Assembly: GCA_025558095.1 (NCBI GenBank)
Contig: JAIVFI010000039.1
Location: 124,001 to 188,000, forward strand
Direction of reading: 5' to 3'
Source of the DNA: Hyaloraphidium curvatum SAG 235-1
Lineage: Eukaryota; Fungi; Monoblepharomycota
DNA length: 64,000 nucleotides
This document shows, one piece after another, positions 40,611-52,540 of this stretch. Made by a program: the position numbers and the translations under genes. The notes below the pieces were generated by a model, which saw only the letters and a program-made list of their open reading frames with translations, did no database searches and was not told where the DNA came from. Every line of letters begins with the position of its first letter. Position 1 is the stretch's first letter.

Positions 40611-41544
40611 TCAAATCTTCGATGCCGGCCCGTACCCAGGCGGACCCTGCAGAATGTTGCGCTTCTTGACCTTGCGGAAGAAGGTCCTCTCGTAGACCTC
40701 CTCCGGGCTCTCCCTGACCATGGCGTCAAGCACCTTGGCATCCTCTCCCACCAGGACTCGCCACCTCTTCTCCCTCACAGCGTCCAGGATGACATTTGCG
40801 GCCTGCGCAGCAGTCATCGGAGCCGTCTCCTCGAACTTCTTCGACGCATCCTCGCCGTTCCCCGGCCCCTGGTATCCCGTCACTTTCGGCGAGTTCCTCC
40901 GGATCCCGGTCGCGATGTGGCCCGGCATGACGACGGAGACGCCGATGTGAGGCGCGTTGGCGCGGCAGTCCATGACCAGGGCTTCGGTGAAGTGCCTAAT
41001 GGCACCTTTGGCGGCGCTGTAAGAGGTTCCAGTGCTCCAGATCGCCGCCGCGCTGACACGAACAGTCAGCCGAGGTTTCCATCCTGGTCGCAAGCAACAC
41101 GCCTCACCTTGACGTGTTGACGACGTGTGCTTCGGGCGCCGCCTTGAGCAAAGGCAGGAATGTGCGGTTACCAAAATAGACTCCTTTCCAGCTGACGTCA
41201 AAGACCGATTCCCATTCCTCACGAGGCGTGGTGAACATGGACGTCGCTCCGCCAATGCCGGCCTGGCACACGAGAAGATGTACCACCTTGGCATCGTGCT
41301 GCGTGAGCACCTCGTCTTTGAAGCGGAGCCAGTCCGCCTCCTTGGTCACATCAACGACATGGCCCGTGACCTTGACGTTCGGATTGGCCTCCTTGCACGC
41401 CTTGATCGTTCCGTCGAGCGATTCCGGCCGCACGTCGCAGAAGGCCACCGCGCAACCTTCACGTGCGAGCTGGACGGCGAGCTCCTTCCCCATTCCGCTT
41501 CCGCCGCCGGAAATGACCGCGAGCTTGTCCGCGAACGACTTCAT
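40611..41544 (-). CDS. Short-chain dehydrogenase/reductase, 2 exons
   Basis: Motifs SGGGSGMG, AHVVNTS, YSAAK and VMPGHIAT. Confidence 0.88.
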
Positions 41545-41780
41545 TGGAGAAGATCGGCACAGAGACTGCTGACGTTTCCTTTTCGCTAGCGCGACGCGTG
41601 TCGGTCCGCGGTTGGGGGAGGTCAGTGGGAGACAGGATGCGCACGCGGCGTGGCGGAGCGATCAACACAGAACAAGCAAGCGATCCTGACCACATCACAT
41701 TCAACAAGAGGCTATGGATATATTGGAGACTATTGGCAACTGCAAGACGCTCATGACCAAGGTTTGCGTTTCGGTAGTCC

Positions 41781-44700
41781 TCAGCGGATGTAAGACTCAT
41801 AAGTCGGTTCGTCCTCGTCGGCATAGCGGTACGACCTCCCGCCTCCGCCACCGCTCTCGCGGTAGGTCGATCCCGATCCCTCAATCATGCGGTTGCTGGA
41901 GGTGCTGGGCCCCTCGATCCGGCGCTGGGAGCCCTGCGAGGCCTGCTTGGCCTGCTCCTTCTTCCTGGCCGACTGCACGCCGATCGACGCCTGGAAGAGG
42001 GCAAGTCAGACCATGCTCGGTGCCGCGGCAAGCAGGGCACAGACCAGGAACTTGTTGAGCCCGGCCTCGCCCATCTGGCTCGCACCCATGCTCTCGGCCT
42101 GCTGCGCTCCGGCGGACTTGAGGCTCGTCACCTGGTCGTTGAGGTACCCGACCCAGTCCCTGAGCTGCGTTTCGACGGTCGTCTGGATGGCCTTGCGGAC
42201 GGCGCCGTCGATAATGGGGGCCGCAGCGCGGTACAAGGGGCTGAAGGGCAAAGTGAGCTTCCATTTCAAACCACCCCGACAGCCGTGATCACGCACTCGT
42301 GCCTGGACTCGCGGATTTCGATGCGGAGATCATCGACGTAGGTCTTGCACTTGCGGATCCAGAGAGTGCGCTGCGTGGAGGTGAGATCCATCCCCAACTT
42401 GAGGATGATCGACATGCCCTGCCCGCCGAGCTGCGGTGGCAGAACCGTCAATATCATTGCCAGCAAGGAACGGGCAAGCGACGCACGTAGATGTTGGCCA
42501 CCCCGTGATCCGACAGACGCGGGAACCCGGTCTTCTTGCGGAAGTAAAACGGCACGTCGCGGATGTCGGCATAGATCTGGTAGAAGTTGAGGGTGACGCT
42601 GGTCGAGGCCGTGCTGGCCAGCTCGGACCGAAGGCCGACGACAGCCGCGTTCTTGAGCTTGATCTCCATCACGTTGGGCAGGAAGTTGTCCGAGGTGAGG
42701 ATGATGTTCTCGACGATGATGTGGATGTTCTCGTCGTTGTGCTCGATGCGCGGGATCGGAATGTAGCGGACCTGCGAGACGATGATCTGGAGCGAGGCCG
42801 AAGGCGACGAGCATCAGCAGCCGAACTCGCGATGGACGCGATCCACCCACGGGCAGCAGCACGGTGGCGAAGTCGCGCGCCAGTTCGTCCTTGAAGGTAA
42901 GCCTTCCTTCCCTGAAACATGGAGCACGGTCAGAACATGGCTCACGAAAAACGGTCGAAACTCACTGATCGAAGAAGAAGTTGTTGACGAGCTGCTTCAG
43001 CGAGCGGCCGAACTCCTGCGTCGTCGAGTCTTCTTGGAAAGCGGTCGTGATTCTCTGCGTCTCGTCCAGGATCGCCTGCGTCTCCTGGCGGTAGCCTTCG
43101 AAAAGCAGGGCGCGGCCGCGGTTGAGGAGGTCGGAGCCTTTGCGGACGTAGTCGGGAGAATCAAGGTAGCGGCGCTCGTGGAGGGAACGATCGAGGAAGA
43201 GACGGACCTGCCCGAAAGGAGTCGTCAACGGCAGCATGTTACCAAGGAGGGACGAACATACGTCAGCCATGAAGTCCCTGAGGTAGAAGTCGTCCGTGAG
43301 CTGCGCGTTGAAGTCCTTGATTGCGTCCAGCAGCGGCTGGATGTCCTGGTCCCCGGCAAAGCGAGCAAGGAGGTGCTGCATGCAAGCAGATGTCCAGTAT
43401 GATCCAAGGTGACTGCCGCCGATCGCCCACCTTCAAGTCGTGGCGAGCGGCCCTGACGTTGGCGTCAGTCCTCCGCTTCCTGCCCGTGGCGGTCCGGCCC
43501 TGGCCCTGCGTGCTCTTGGAGACCTTGGAGGACAGCGAACCGACGCTGTTGAGAAGGAAATCGATGGCTTCCACGTACTGGCTGTTGTCCTGATAGAGAG
43601 AACCATTTGAGCTCGGAAATGAAGATCTGGCGAGCTGGAGACACACCTGCACGATGATCATGACGTCGCGCAGCCTCTCGATGAGCCTGGTGCGCCTTTC
43701 GGGGGTGAGCCGCTCCTCGATCGCCTCGTGAAGGTCGTCGGCGGTGATGTTGGGCTGGCCCCCGCCGGGCCGGCCGTTGGCGGCCTCGCGGTCCCCGACG
43801 AGGGTCGTGCGCCGGGAAGTGTCCCTCAACATGCTGCTGGATTGCCCGGCTCCGGTCGTCGGGCTCGAGTAGGCCGAGTACGTCACGAACGGCTTGGCCG
43901 CCTCGGTCGATCGGGCAGGCGTGCCGGCGACGCCGCCGGTGGGCGGCACGGGAGCTTCTTCCTCGTCGGGATTGAAGTACTTGTAGGGCCTGCATCTGCT
44001 GGTCAGGAAGGATTTGAAACGGCAACGGCGAAGCCGACGCACCGGTCCTCGGTGGAGGTAGCCATGCCGCCGCTGGGACATGCAACAATGAGCTCCAGAG
44101 ACGACGACCAGAGCTAGACGAAACCAACCTCGGCATTCCTTGCGCCTGCGAACCAGACCCGCTGGCGATTGGAGTGGTTTAGAATGCGTCCGCACGGAGC
44201 CACGACAGCGAGCTCACGACGCGACGCCGATGGTCTCCCCCTCCGCACGAGTGTAGCTGCTGTCGGCCCTTGACGTCGATCCGCTCACTCCGCCCTGGCG
44301 AGCGCTGCGCTTCTGGCGGATGCCCTCCATCATGTCCTGGCCAACTTCGGACGGCGGCAATCAGCGGCGATCATACGACAAAGTTGGCGAGGGCGTACTG
44401 TCGTTGAGTTCGGTGACCATGTTGCGGAACTCGGAGTTGGTGATGAGCAACCTCGCAACGAGCATGGACTTGTTGAAGGCTGCAAAAGCATCAAGTCAGG
44501 CTCGGGCCATGCGCAAGCCAAAGCATGCTGACCTTCAGAGGGATCAATGGGACCGGCGGCTTCCCTGGCGGCTCCCATACCGGCCTGCGCGGTCTTGGCG
44601 GCGACGGGCGACGTGGCCGCGAGGCGGGCGTGGAACAGGAACTGATGGCAAGCTTCAAAAACCCATCCCGGCTCAGCTGGCTCCGCGGCGACCCACTTCC

Positions 44701-45175
44701 TGGATGTCCTCGTCCGCGTTCTTCTCCTCGACGACGCGCTTGGTGGCCTCGAGGAAGGTGATGAGGTCGTCGACGAACTTGCTCCCGTCCTCGGACATGT
44801 CCATCTTCTTGCGCTCCAGCGTCTCGGATCCGACGACGATGTCGATCATGCGCAGCAGCTGCTCGTTGGTCGGCAGCTTGCCGTCGCGCAGGGCCTGGAC
44901 AGCCTCGAAGATGCGGAACGAGGACGAGGCCTCGGCCTCCTTGACGCTCTGCGGCTGCTGCTGGGGCGCCCGGTAGAGCGTCATGTCGCCCGCCGAGGGG
45001 GTGCCGCGCGGCGCGCCGACGGAGAGGCGCTGTCCGGTGCCGGCGGAGTAGTCGCCGGCGGCCGGAGCGCGGCCGCGGCGTCCGCCCCAGACGCCCCTGC
45101 GGACGGGTCAGCGGCGGCGGCGGGAACGCCAGGCGGGACCCACCCGGTGAAGGCGCGTGTAAAGGGGTCCGACAT
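41781..45175 (-). CDS. Fungal DUF5923/DUF4449-like large protein (S. pombe C32A11.02c-type, TULIP-like), many exons
   Basis: Motifs ALRDGKLPTNEQL, EEKNADEDIQE, YIPIPRIEHNDENIHIIVENIILTSDNFLPN and DVPFYFRKKTGFPRLSDHG. Confidence 0.75.
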
Positions 45176-45684
45176 GGTGATGTTCCGCTGCTACCCGGTC
45201 CGCTCAAGCGCGGTTTTGTGTGGAAATGGCGCGGGGGAAGTGCCGGGGTGAGTGTGACATCAGCGGTCGACCGGGCTGTGGCTTTTCGCCCGTCCAAATC
45301 ACAACACATCACATCGGAAAAGAGCCGCGGCCGTCATTATACGGCAAAAGGTAAGAAAAGAAAACGACGGAAACAATGCTCGCCTCATTGATATCGCCGT
45401 ACAGAGCCCTGTCTAGCGCGTACTTCAGCCAACCATGTCGAAGCATCCTCGACCCACGTCCACAGCATTTGCGCCCAACAACCTTGTCCTCCCCGTCCCC
45501 ATACGTCCACAATTGAGCCGCAAATGCTCGCCGTGAGTCCAGCGTAGAGGTGCCGGGCAGCGCTACCCAGGCGCGGTCGCTCCAGTCGAGTCCCGCAGTC
45601 CAACTCAGCTGAGCTGCCACCGAGAGCAAGCTCCCGCTTTTCCAACCGCTCGGGTATAGAATCCAAGCATTTCCGCCGAGCAAT

Positions 45685-46446
45685 TCACCCGTCGACGCCC
45701 TTGAGCGCGCGCGCGAACATGGCCCGGCACGACTGGTACCAGAACATCCCGCTCACCGAACCTGCCCCAAAACGCATCAGCATCGCCCTCCAACATCTCC
45801 CCCGATCAAGAAGACCCACCTGCCGGCGCGAACGGCAGCGAAACGAACGACCCCACCCAGCCCAGCCAGTCCCCGGGGAGGTGGAACATGGGCACGGCGC
45901 GGAACCAGATCAGCACCGCGATGGGCAGGACAAAGACGACGGCGCGGATGGCGATGGTGAAGATGAAGGAGATCTTGGTCTTTTCCATGCCGATTTCCTT
46001 GGCTGGAATGGAGCGGGATGGATCGGCAACGGAGGGCGGGCGAAGCGGGCGCGGAAACACACATTGCACCTCCAATTCCTGCAGCTTGCCGTCCAGCTTC
46101 CTCCGCAGCTTGGCCCACTTGGCAAACTCGTCCTGCGACGGCAGACGGCGTCGGCCGATGCCCCCCGAACGCGTCCCGGGAAGCGGACCCACCTGGCTGC
46201 TCGTGGCCTGCAGTTCCGCCCTGGCTTGCATGACCTCCGCCTTCAATTTGTTGGTTTTTGAGACGAGCCGGTGGAGGTAGGCGTCCTGCGCCTGTTTCCG
46301 TCGCGGAAACGTCGGTCCGCCGTCAGCACGCGTCCGACGGCCGGCCGGGCGCGGGCGCGGACCTTCTGCGAGACCCAGTCGTAGCCGACGAACTCGAGGA
46401 GCTCGATCGCGAGGGCTATCAGCAGGAGGAGGAAGAGGGCGGCCAT
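45685..46446 (-). CDS. GET1: Guided entry of tail-anchored proteins factor 1 (Get1/WRB), 5 exons
   Basis: TSSQ|DEFAKWAKLRRKLD signature, coiled coil, and TM helices with PMFHLPGDW, PFAPAG|SVS and WY. Confidence 0.9.
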
Positions 46447-46544
46447 CGCGACGTGGCAATGGGCCTTGCAATGGGCCTGCGGGCGCCGTGATCGAACGAC
46501 GCGCGACCGTAAACAACGCCCTCGCGACGACTTCCTGCGAAGCC

Positions 46545-47701
46545 ATGGCGGACGCCGCGGCAGGCGACAAACGCCCCGCCCCCTCCTCCTCCAAATCCTC
46601 CTCCTCCCGCCCCGCGAAGCGGTCCCGCCGCTCCCACTCGGGCGCGAACCAGCCCTCCCCCTCCTCCTCCGCACCCCCCGCCGCACGCCCGCATTCCGCC
46701 TTCTTCGACCCGTCCGATCCCGTCCGTGCGGGACTTTTGGTATCGGTATCTGCGAGGCAGGAGGCGAGGGGCGCGGCGCAGTTCAGGGGCCTGCTGGAGC
46801 ATCTATTGCCGCTGCTCGTCCCGGACCTCAAGGCCCGGGAGGCGAAGGAAACGGACTCAGCGGGCCAGAATGTCGCGAAGGGGGACGGGACGGAGGACGA
46901 GGTGAAGGAGAACGGGCAGACGGGCCATCTGGACGCGGCGGAGGAGGCGGAGAAGGCGCAGACCGAAGGGCAGCCCAACGAATTGACGGATGCCGGCGAT
47001 TCAAAGCCGCCACAAACGAACCAAACAGCGGCCGGGCGCCAGACGGTGGAGATGATCGACACGGGATGCCAGGCGGTGGTCTTTTTCAACCTCCGGATCC
47101 CGGAGCTGGACGCCGTCGACCTCGTCGCGCGGATGTTCGGTGCGCCGCCCTCGTTGCCGTTCTACGACAGCAGGCTGATTGCCGCGTTTTGCCAGACCAC
47201 CTGCGCAACCTGCCCGCCGAGGAGAGGACCAAGTGGTCCTACAAGCTGGCCTACTGCCACGTGAGCCCCCCACCATCCCTCTCACGCTACCCGAAACCAA
47301 CCATTTCCCCCCGCAGCGCGTCATCCCCGTCCAAGCAGCCTGCGAGGCCTCCCGCGACGCGATCCTCGCCGCCGCCGCGCCCCTCGCCGCCTCCCTCCAG
47401 GACGGGAGGACCTACGCGGTGGACCTGGAGGTGCGGAACAACAACAAGGTGGGCAAGAGGGAGACGATCGATGCCGCGGCGGCGCTGGTGGGCGCGCGGT
47501 GCAAGGTCAGCCTGAAGAACCCGGAGCAGTCGCGTTGGTGCCGTCTCGCCGTTGCGTTACGACGTGCTGACGATCCGCTCGTTGTTAGTACTCATATCGG
47601 TCAACAGGCAGGCTGCGCTGCTGGCCGCCGTGCCCAATTACTCGGAGCTGTCGGGGTACAACGTCCACAGAGTGCTGGGGACCAAGCCGCGCGAGGGATG
47701 A
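46545..47701 (+). CDS. THUMP-domain protein (Tan1-like tRNA modification cofactor), 4 exons
   Basis: Motifs IDTGCQAVVFF, RVIPVQAAC, TYAVDLEVRNN, KVSLKNPE and YNV. Confidence 0.75.
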
Positions 47702-48107
47702 CGTTGTCGGCGATCTCTATGCTTCGAAATCCATTGTCGGGCTGCTTATTGTGCTTTATGCTATACATCTGGCATCACCCATGCTTCTTCTTCGTCGTAG
47801 CGCTGTCCTAGCGGTCACAGGAAGGGATGCAACGCTGATTGGTGTGATGGGTTCGCGCTGGGTGCGACTCGACTACTGCGCAGCTCCGTCGTTTTCACTT
47901 CGTTCCCCCCCTTCGCCCCGCCGCCGCCAGCGACCGCGCCGGCCTCCGCCCTAGGTAGCTATCCTTTGGCCGCATACGCCGGCCGCTTTCCGACCAGCGG
48001 CTCACCGCCGGACAGCGGAACCGGGCCCGCCGGGTGCCCTCCCCCGCCCCGCCCCCCCTCGCCCCCTCCGCACGGTTGGTCCGGGCGCCGCGCGCCCCTC
48101 GGCAACG

Positions 48108-49085
48108 ATGCTATCGGCCACCGCGCCCGCAGATCTGACTGTGCTGTTCGACCTCGACGCCGCGTCGTCGGACGACGGCAGCATGGCGCACACGCCCCCC
48201 CGTGAGTCGCTCTCTCCCCCGCCTTGGGACGGCCCTCATCTCCCGGGACTGGACCGCGCCGCCGCCGACCTGCTGCTGGACGCCGACATCGCCGCGCTGC
48301 TCGCCTCGCCGCTGCCCGACTTCCTGGCCGCCCCGCTGCTCCCCGCAGAGGACTTTGCCGCCGACGCGCACTACGCCTTCGCCGCCCGCTTCCTCGAGCT
48401 GCAGCAGGACCTGCCCGCGGGCATCGCCGCGCTGACCCCCGAGTCGATGGGCTCGCCCGCTGAGGGCTACTACAGCCCCGGGCTGTCGGCCGCCGCCGGC
48501 CCCGAGCCCGACGACCACGCGCTGCCGTCGCCCGTGCACACGGACGAGGCCGACCGCCGCGCGGACCGCTTCTCGCCCGCGCCATGGGACCAGGGCTACG
48601 TCTCGACGACCGACATCCTGGGCAAGCGGCCCCGCGAGGCCGATGCCGCCTACGACGACGCCGCCTACGACAACGCCGAGGTGAGGCCCGCGCCCAAGCG
48701 CCGGCACGCGTCGCCGGCCGCGCCCGCGCCGGTGGAGGACGCCGGCACGCCTCCCTCCGCCAAAGACACTGCCTCCGACGCCGAGGACGGCCAGGACGGT
48801 GAGCACGAGGACGAGGACGGAGCCGGTAACCGCCGCTTCGCCTGCACGCACCCCGGCTGCGGCCTCCGCTTCCGCCGCAAGTTCAACCGCAACCAGCACC
48901 TCCTCACGCACACCTCCTCCAAGCCCTTTGTCTGCGGCAAGCGCTGCCCGACCACGGGCGAGGTATGCACCGAGGCCTTCCGTCGGGGGTTCGACGTGCG
49001 GCGGCACCAGGCGAGCGTGCACAACCACCGCAAGGGGGAGGTCAAAACGCGGTGCCTGTGCGGGCAGCAGCGGAGGCGCAAGTGA
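48108..49085 (+). CDS. C2H2 zinc-finger transcription factor
   Basis: Acidic N-terminus, PAPKRR NLS, FACTHPGCGLRFRRKFNRNQHLLTH, and a second finger C..C..RRHQASVH. Confidence 0.85.
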   Translation: MLSATAPADLTVLFDLDAASSDDGSMAHTPPRESLSPPPWDGPHLPGLDRAAADLLLDADIAALLASPLPDFLAAPLLPAEDFAADAHYAFAARFLELQQDLPAGIAALTPESMGSPAEGYYSPGLSAAAGPEPDDHALPSPVHTDEADRRADRFSPAPWDQGYVSTTDILGKRPREADAAYDDAAYDNAEVRPAPKRRHASPAAPAPVEDAGTPPSAKDTASDAEDGQDGEHEDEDGAGNRRFACTHPGCGLRFRRKFNRNQHLLTHTSSKPFVCGKRCPTTGEVCTEAFRRGFDVRRHQASVHNHRKGEVKTRCLCGQQRRRK

Positions 49086-49533
49086 GGCGCTCCGTGCGGC
49101 GGCTGCCCCGCGGGCGGGGCATGCTGTGCGCGGACAAATGGCCTGGACCGAGGACGGTATGGCTTGCGCGGTGCCGATGCGACTTTCCCTTCCCCCTGCC
49201 CCGGACCCCCCTCCTCCACCTGACTCTGCGGTGCCCGTGCCCGCTCTCTGGCCCATGCTCGAGCTCGATCGAGTGAGTTTCCTCGGCTGCCGAGCCCAGA
49301 CATTGCTAAACGATGCCGCGTTGCGCCGCGCTTGCTGTAACCGTTGGGGAAACCGTGGTCGTTTTCATGTATAGACGGCAGGCAGGCCGTAAGTAGCTAG
49401 ATGAGGTAGGGCCCTCGTGTCGTGTACATTCTCCGACTTTGGCATGGTGTGAAAGAATGGGATTCAGTGTATTGGCAGCTTTCGCAGACCTCGTCGAGTC
49501 CGGTCCACATCTTTTCACACCCAGTCCGATCTC

Positions 49534-50367
49534 TCACTTTGTCAGCTGCGCCAGAAAGTCCTCCAGCTTCGCCCCCCCCGCCGGCGATCCCGCCCTCTCC
49601 TTCTGCTTCGCCACCATGCTCTGCAAATCCTTCACCTTGTTGCGCGCCTTCTTCAGCTGCGACGCCGACACGGGCGTTCCCCCCGGGCTCTGCGCCGCCG
49701 GCGTGCCGGGCCTGCTCAATGCCGGCGACGCGGGCCTGTATTCCGGCGCCGGTGTCGAGGGTTTCGGCGCGGGAACCTTGACGGCGGGCGCCTCCCTCGC
49801 CCCCGGCCGAACGTGCCCCCGCAGCGCCTTCAGATCGGCCACCGTGGTCCCCGGAAACACCGTCTCGGCGCCGCAGACGAGGCACCGGTAGCACACCCTG
49901 TTTTTCTGCTTCCTGAGCCGCTTGGGGAGGTGGGAGCGGGGTTGGCCGGCGGGCGGGCGGTCGTGGAAATGGATCCGCACGGGGCGGGGGGCCCGCTTCC
50001 GGGGCACGGCCGGGGAAGGGGATACCGGAGCGGCGGGTTCCTCGGTGCCGGCATCGGAAGGGTCGTCGGGCCCGGGTTCGGGCGTCCTTTCGTCCCCGTC
50101 CGGTTCGTGTCGGGCACCCCGCTCCTTCTTCCCCCTCCTCCGTTTCTCCTTGGCCTTCCTCACCGCCACCGTGCAGTTTGCCCCCGCGGCAAACAGCGAC
50201 CCGCAGCGGTTGCAGAACCTCCGCAGGACCGAGTCGGCCACCTGCACCGTCCCGCGGGACTGCGCGGCCAGCCGCGAGAAGGCGTGCCGCGACAGGGCGG
50301 GGGAGACGGGGGAGAGGAAGTGCGCGGCGGAGTAGAGGAATTCCACGCGGACGGAGGCGTCGTCCAT
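49534..50367 (-). CDS. RNase P/MRP Rpr2/Rpp21/Snm1-family subunit
   Basis: RVEFLYSAAH, and CxxC pairs RRFCNRC and YRCLVCG. Confidence 0.8.
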   Translation of the reverse strand: MDDASVRVEFLYSAAHFLSPVSPALSRHAFSRLAAQSRGTVQVADSVLRRFCNRCGSLFAAGANCTVAVRKAKEKRRRGKKERGARHEPDGDERTPEPGPDDPSDAGTEEPAAPVSPSPAVPRKRAPRPVRIHFHDRPPAGQPRSHLPKRLRKQKNRVCYRCLVCGAETVFPGTTVADLKALRGHVRPGAREAPAVKVPAPKPSTPAPEYRPASPALSRPGTPAAQSPGGTPVSASQLKKARNKVKDLQSMVAKQKERAGSPAGGAKLEDFLAQLTK

Positions 50368-50605
50368 CGCTGGAAACGGGCCGGGCCGGGGCGGCAGCTC
50401 GGCGGCGGCGCGAGATGGAGGAGTGATCGACGCAGGCTGGCATAAACAAACGGACGCCGACTCCAGAGCGACCGTTCGCCCGCAGGCCCCCCTCAAAGCA
50501 GCCATAGGAGCCACGATTGCGGCTCGGCGTGTGTTTTGGCCCCGGATCTGGGCGCCGCTGGGTCCTCCGGGCGCTCGGGACAAGATCTCCGCGCCGCTCT
50601 CCGCG

Positions 50606-52510
50606 ATGGCCTCCCGGGGCTACTCCGCCGGCCGTGGGGGCGGCCGCGGCGCCTACTACAAGGAGAAATACGGCAACCGCGGCCGCGGCAAACCGTACGG
50701 CGCCTCGCCCGCCGCCGCTTCCCACCCTCCGTCCACGAGCGGCGCGCGGACCTCGGACGAGCTCCTCGACGTCCTCCGGAGGATCGACGGCCGGCCCTAC
50801 CCCGCGTACAACGACCTCCTCGGCGCGTGGTCCTTTGCCGCGCAGGGCTTCGAGCTGCTCTTTGATCGGCTGCAGTCGGACCCCTACGCGCCGCCGTCGC
50901 ACGTTCGGCTACGGGTAGCCGGGGGCGCGGCGGGGTTCCCGCCCGAGCTGCACTCCAACAGCGCGTGGAGGACGGCATTCTGCGATTTGCTCGCGCGGAG
51001 GGTGTGGGATCACGTCAGGGCGGCGAAGCTGGACCGCGCTGCGGGCGGGGGAGGGTGGGCGGGGGCCAAGGGGGGCGATTTGGGGTTCGAGATGCCGGGG
51101 CAGCAGGTCCTCGAGAGGTCGTCGGTCGTGCTGCTCGGGGCGCCGGAGACGGGGACGGTGGAGGTCAGGATGACGGCCAACTTGCCGGCGCAGGGACGGA
51201 CGATCCTGGGCAGGCAGGCGGAGGAGCTGCTGACCAAGGCCTTGCCGCGGCTGGTCCGCTCGGCTCTGACCTATTCGACCGTCGAGGACAAGAAGGCGAT
51301 GGCGGACTTTGTGGACAGCGTGGAGGCGCAGCGCGATCTCAGGCGGCAAATCGTGGCCGCGGGCCTCGTGGCCTTCGTTCCCGACGGCGCCATCCTGCCG
51401 CGTGCGTCGGGCGCCTCGGACCTACCCCTCGCCGACGGCGCCGTCGGCTTCCGCTCCCCGCCCTCCCTGCGCCGCACCTTCTCCGTCGGGCCCAACAACC
51501 TCAGCGTCTCGGGAATGGGCCTGGCCCGCGGAATCACTCTCATCGTCGGCGGCGGGTACCACGGCAAGTCGACCCTCCTCCAGGCTATCCAGGCAGGCGT
51601 GTACGACCACGTGCCGGGGGACGGCCGCGAGTTCGCCGTCTCGGATCCGACTCTGTTTCCGGTCCAAAGTGAGGACGGGCGGAGCGTGACGGGCGTCAAC
51701 ATTTCGCCCTTCATCGACAACCTGCCTTTCGGCCGCTCGACAAAGAGCTTCTCCACCGCGGACGCCAGCGGATCCACATCCATGGCCGCGTCGATCCAGG
51801 AGGCACTCGAGCTCGGCTGCTCCGCCCTGGCCGTGGACGAGGACACGGCGGCGACCAACTTCCTCATACGCGACGCCCGCATGCGGATGCTGGTCGGCAA
51901 GGGGCAGGAACCAATTACGCCGCTCATTTCTCGGGCGCGGGCGCTGCGCGACGAGAAGGGGGTGTCGACCATCCTGGTGATCGGCGGGTGCGGAGACTAC
52001 CTGGACGTTGCGGACTGCGTGGTGCAGATGCAAGAGTACAGGGCCGTGGACGTCACCGCGCGGGCCAGGGAGATTGCCGCTGCGGTGCCGGTTTCTCTGG
52101 ACGCGGACGGCGGGAGCGCTTACGGGCCTGTGGATCACCGACGGCTCGCGATCCCGAGCCAGAACCCGGGCAGCGACGAGGACCGCGTCCTCAAGGGCTC
52201 CAAAACCCGGGTCCGCGGCGTGCGCGAGCTCTCCTTCTGCGGGCAGGACGTGGACGTCTCGGCGCTGACCCAGCTCGCCGAAACGGCGCAGACGAGGCTC
52301 GTCGCCGAGGCGCTGCGGTACCTCCGCGACGCGCCGCAGTTCGCCGGGCTGACGGTGCGGCAGGCTGTGGATGCGCTGGAGAGGGAGCTGGACGCGCGCG
52401 GGACGGACGTGCTGAGCCCGTGGGGGCACCCGACGGGGAACATGGCGCGGTGCAGGGCGATCGAGGTCGCGGCGGCGCTGAACCGGTTGCGCGGACTCGT
52501 GGTTTGGTAG
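50606..52510 (+). CDS. Predicted ABC-class ATPase (COG3044/ABC_ATPase family) with RGG-rich N-terminus
   Basis: Motifs IDGRPYPAY, QSDPYAPPS, ILPRASG, Walker A GGGYHGKSTLL, ASGSTS, DEDTAATNF and AAALNRLR; intronless. Confidence 0.88.
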   Translation: MASRGYSAGRGGGRGAYYKEKYGNRGRGKPYGASPAAASHPPSTSGARTSDELLDVLRRIDGRPYPAYNDLLGAWSFAAQGFELLFDRLQSDPYAPPSHVRLRVAGGAAGFPPELHSNSAWRTAFCDLLARRVWDHVRAAKLDRAAGGGGWAGAKGGDLGFEMPGQQVLERSSVVLLGAPETGTVEVRMTANLPAQGRTILGRQAEELLTKALPRLVRSALTYSTVEDKKAMADFVDSVEAQRDLRRQIVAAGLVAFVPDGAILPRASGASDLPLADGAVGFRSPPSLRRTFSVGPNNLSVSGMGLARGITLIVGGGYHGKSTLLQAIQAGVYDHVPGDGREFAVSDPTLFPVQSEDGRSVTGVNISPFIDNLPFGRSTKSFSTADASGSTSMAASIQEALELGCSALAVDEDTAATNFLIRDARMRMLVGKGQEPITPLISRARALRDEKGVSTILVIGGCGDYLDVADCVVQMQEYRAVDVTARAREIAAAVPVSLDADGGSAYGPVDHRRLAIPSQNPGSDEDRVLKGSKTRVRGVRELSFCGQDVDVSALTQLAETAQTRLVAEALRYLRDAPQFAGLTVRQAVDALERELDARGTDVLSPWGHPTGNMARCRAIEVAAALNRLRGLVVW

Positions 52511-52540
52511 GGCACCAATTCTTCGATCCCTCCGGGAGCT

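Noticed and set aside
45309-45683. 124-aa minus-strand ORF between GET1 and the DUF4449-like gene
   Set aside because: It has a TTG start, weak codon bias and no motif, and it overlaps the expected UTR/promoter space.
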